Origin: Phyllobates terribilis
Taxonomy: Eukaryota
Assembly (NCBI RefSeq): GCF_046119375.1
Contig: NW_027362762.1
Location: 494,512,001 to 494,576,000, forward strand
Length of the DNA: 64,000 bases
Direction: 5' to 3'
The notes under the pieces are model-generated. The model was given only the letters and a program-made list of their open reading frames with translations. It did not search any database and was not told the origin of the DNA. Positions 62,606 to 64,000 of the stretch are shown here, piece after piece. The stretch's first letter is position 1. Each line of letters opens with the position of its first letter. A program made the position numbers and the translations under genes.

Positions 62606-64000
62606 TCTTTGTCCACTGGTTCTCCTAGTATCTTTTTGCAATGGGATGCGTGGATCCAGGCCTCTTTTCCCTCTAGCTTAACGGCTGTACTTGTGGTCAG
62701 CAGAACTTGAAAGGGTCCGTCAAACCGTGGATCTAGGCTTTTCCTCACGTGTCTTTTTATAACCACCCAGTCTCCAGGTTGCAGCGTATGGCTGCTAGAG
62801 TCTTGATCTGGATCTGGAAGAGAACTGAAGACATTATCATGTACTTGCTTAATCTTTTTGTGTAAAGTCCTTACGTAGGAACTTAGCACATGGTTGTTCA
62901 TTTCTAATGCTTGCGGATAGAAACACCCTAGGCTGGGTACGTTGCCAAACAATATCTCATATGGAGAGAGTCCAGTCTTTCTATTGGGCGTGTATCTTAC
63001 TGAAAACAGAGCAAGCGGTAAACAGTCCGGCCATGGTTTTCCTGTCTCAGCCATGGCTTTCTGAATTTTTAATTTCAATGTCCCATTCAGTCTTTCCACT
63101 TTACCACTACTTTGTGGGTGATATGGGGTGTGGAATGCTTGTTGAATTCCTAGAGCTGACATGACTTCATTCATTATTTCACCTGTGAAGTGTGTACCTC
63201 TGTCACTCTCAATTACCTCTGGTACCCCATACCTGCAGACCACCTCCGAAAGCAGTTTCTTTGCGGTTGCCGCAGCCGTGGCAATCGGGAAAGCCTCTGG
63301 CCATCCTGAGATCAAATCAATACAGACCAACACATAATCCCATGATCCTGACTTTGGCAGCTGAATATAATCAATTTGCAGTCTCTGGAATGGATAGAGG
63401 GGCCGGGGGGTGTGTTTGGGTGGTGTTTTAACTACTCTACCCTGATTATGTGTAGCACATATCATGCACCCTTGTATCAGGCTTTCAATACAGGTGGAGA
63501 ATCCTGGTGCCACCCAATGTTTCTGCATCACACTCATCACACCCATTTTAGATTGGTGTGTCGGCCCATGTAGTATCTGGGCTGCTGCTGGGTACAGTGC
63601 CCTTGGAAGGCATCATCGTGTCCCTTTCCCCCATACCCCATTTGCTTCATTCAGGCATGCACCTTCCTTTAACCACTTATCAACCTCCTCCTTTTGAGCC
63701 TGAGCCTGCATTTGGGATAAGATGTCCTCCGACACAAAGGGGTTTTTAGGGGCACTTAGCTGACGTACTGTTGACCCTTGTTGCGGCTTACAGGCTGCTG
63801 TTTTTGCCGCTGAATCTGCCATCACGTTACCTCTGCTTACCTGGTCGGTGCGTCTGGTATGTGCTATTACCTTTATGACAGCTACTTGTTTGGGTAGTTG
63901 TAGCGCATCAATTAACTGCTGGACCGCATCAGCATTCTTAATGGGGTGTTCTGCTGCCGTCAGGAAACCTCTTGACTTCCATATTGGACCAAAATCATGC
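62602..64000 (-). pseudogene. pol: ERV pol (RNase H C-terminus + integrase) with one in-frame stop
   Basis: HDFGPIWKSRGFLT...VAVIKVIAH...GNVMADSAAK (RNase H); HGPTH...CMIC (HHCC); LQIDY, ESDRGTHF, GKVERLNGTLK (D,D35E); GPFQV...WIHASHCK. A single TGA at 63613-63615 in the same frame. Confidence 0.93.

Larger units (their letters stand above)
61745..64000 (-). mobile_element. Endogenous retrovirus (epsilon/gamma-like), 3' part: pol - truncated env - PPT - 3' LTR; continues beyond the window
   Basis: RNase H and integrase ORF, env-like ORF with CWIC, polypurine tract and TG-starting LTR in canonical order. Confidence 0.93.

Noticed and set aside
62271-63749. Plus-strand ORFs antisense to ERV pol/env (e.g. 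62271-62681, 136 aa)
   Set aside because: Best explained as antisense shadows of open viral frames; no independent motif or promoter evidence.

Overview
AT-rich, repeat-dominated eukaryotic DNA. The repeat families (T2/Kolobok-type, hAT and Harbinger MITEs, IR/DR Tc1s, CR1, an L2 with a matching tRNA-SINE, Penelope-like pLTRs, and an epsilon/gamma-like ERV) point to an anuran amphibian genome; this is an inference. I recognise no host protein-coding gene, so the window looks intronic or intergenic, with only weak candidate exons. It holds five full-length Tc1 copies (one with an uninterrupted 340-aa DD34E transposase), a degraded mariner, an SB-like deletion derivative, many TSD-bounded MITEs (several carrying minisatellites), CR1/L2 fragments and solo LTRs. 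The 3' half of an endogenous retrovirus lies at the right end on the minus strand. The most interesting observations are: (1) an open 148-aa 'mini-Env' in which the signal peptide and CWIC-containing SU start are fused in frame to the TM membrane anchor; (2) two different hAT elements stacked at one site with three copies of the same 8-bp TSD; (3) a 44-bp minisatellite built from a MITE's flank+TSD+TIR junction; (4) Penelope-like inserts with inverted ends and hammerhead-like cores; (5) a Kolobok MITE in the centre of a 36-bp palindrome. All calls come from reading the sequence, with no database searches. Boundaries marked approximate may be off by tens of bases.
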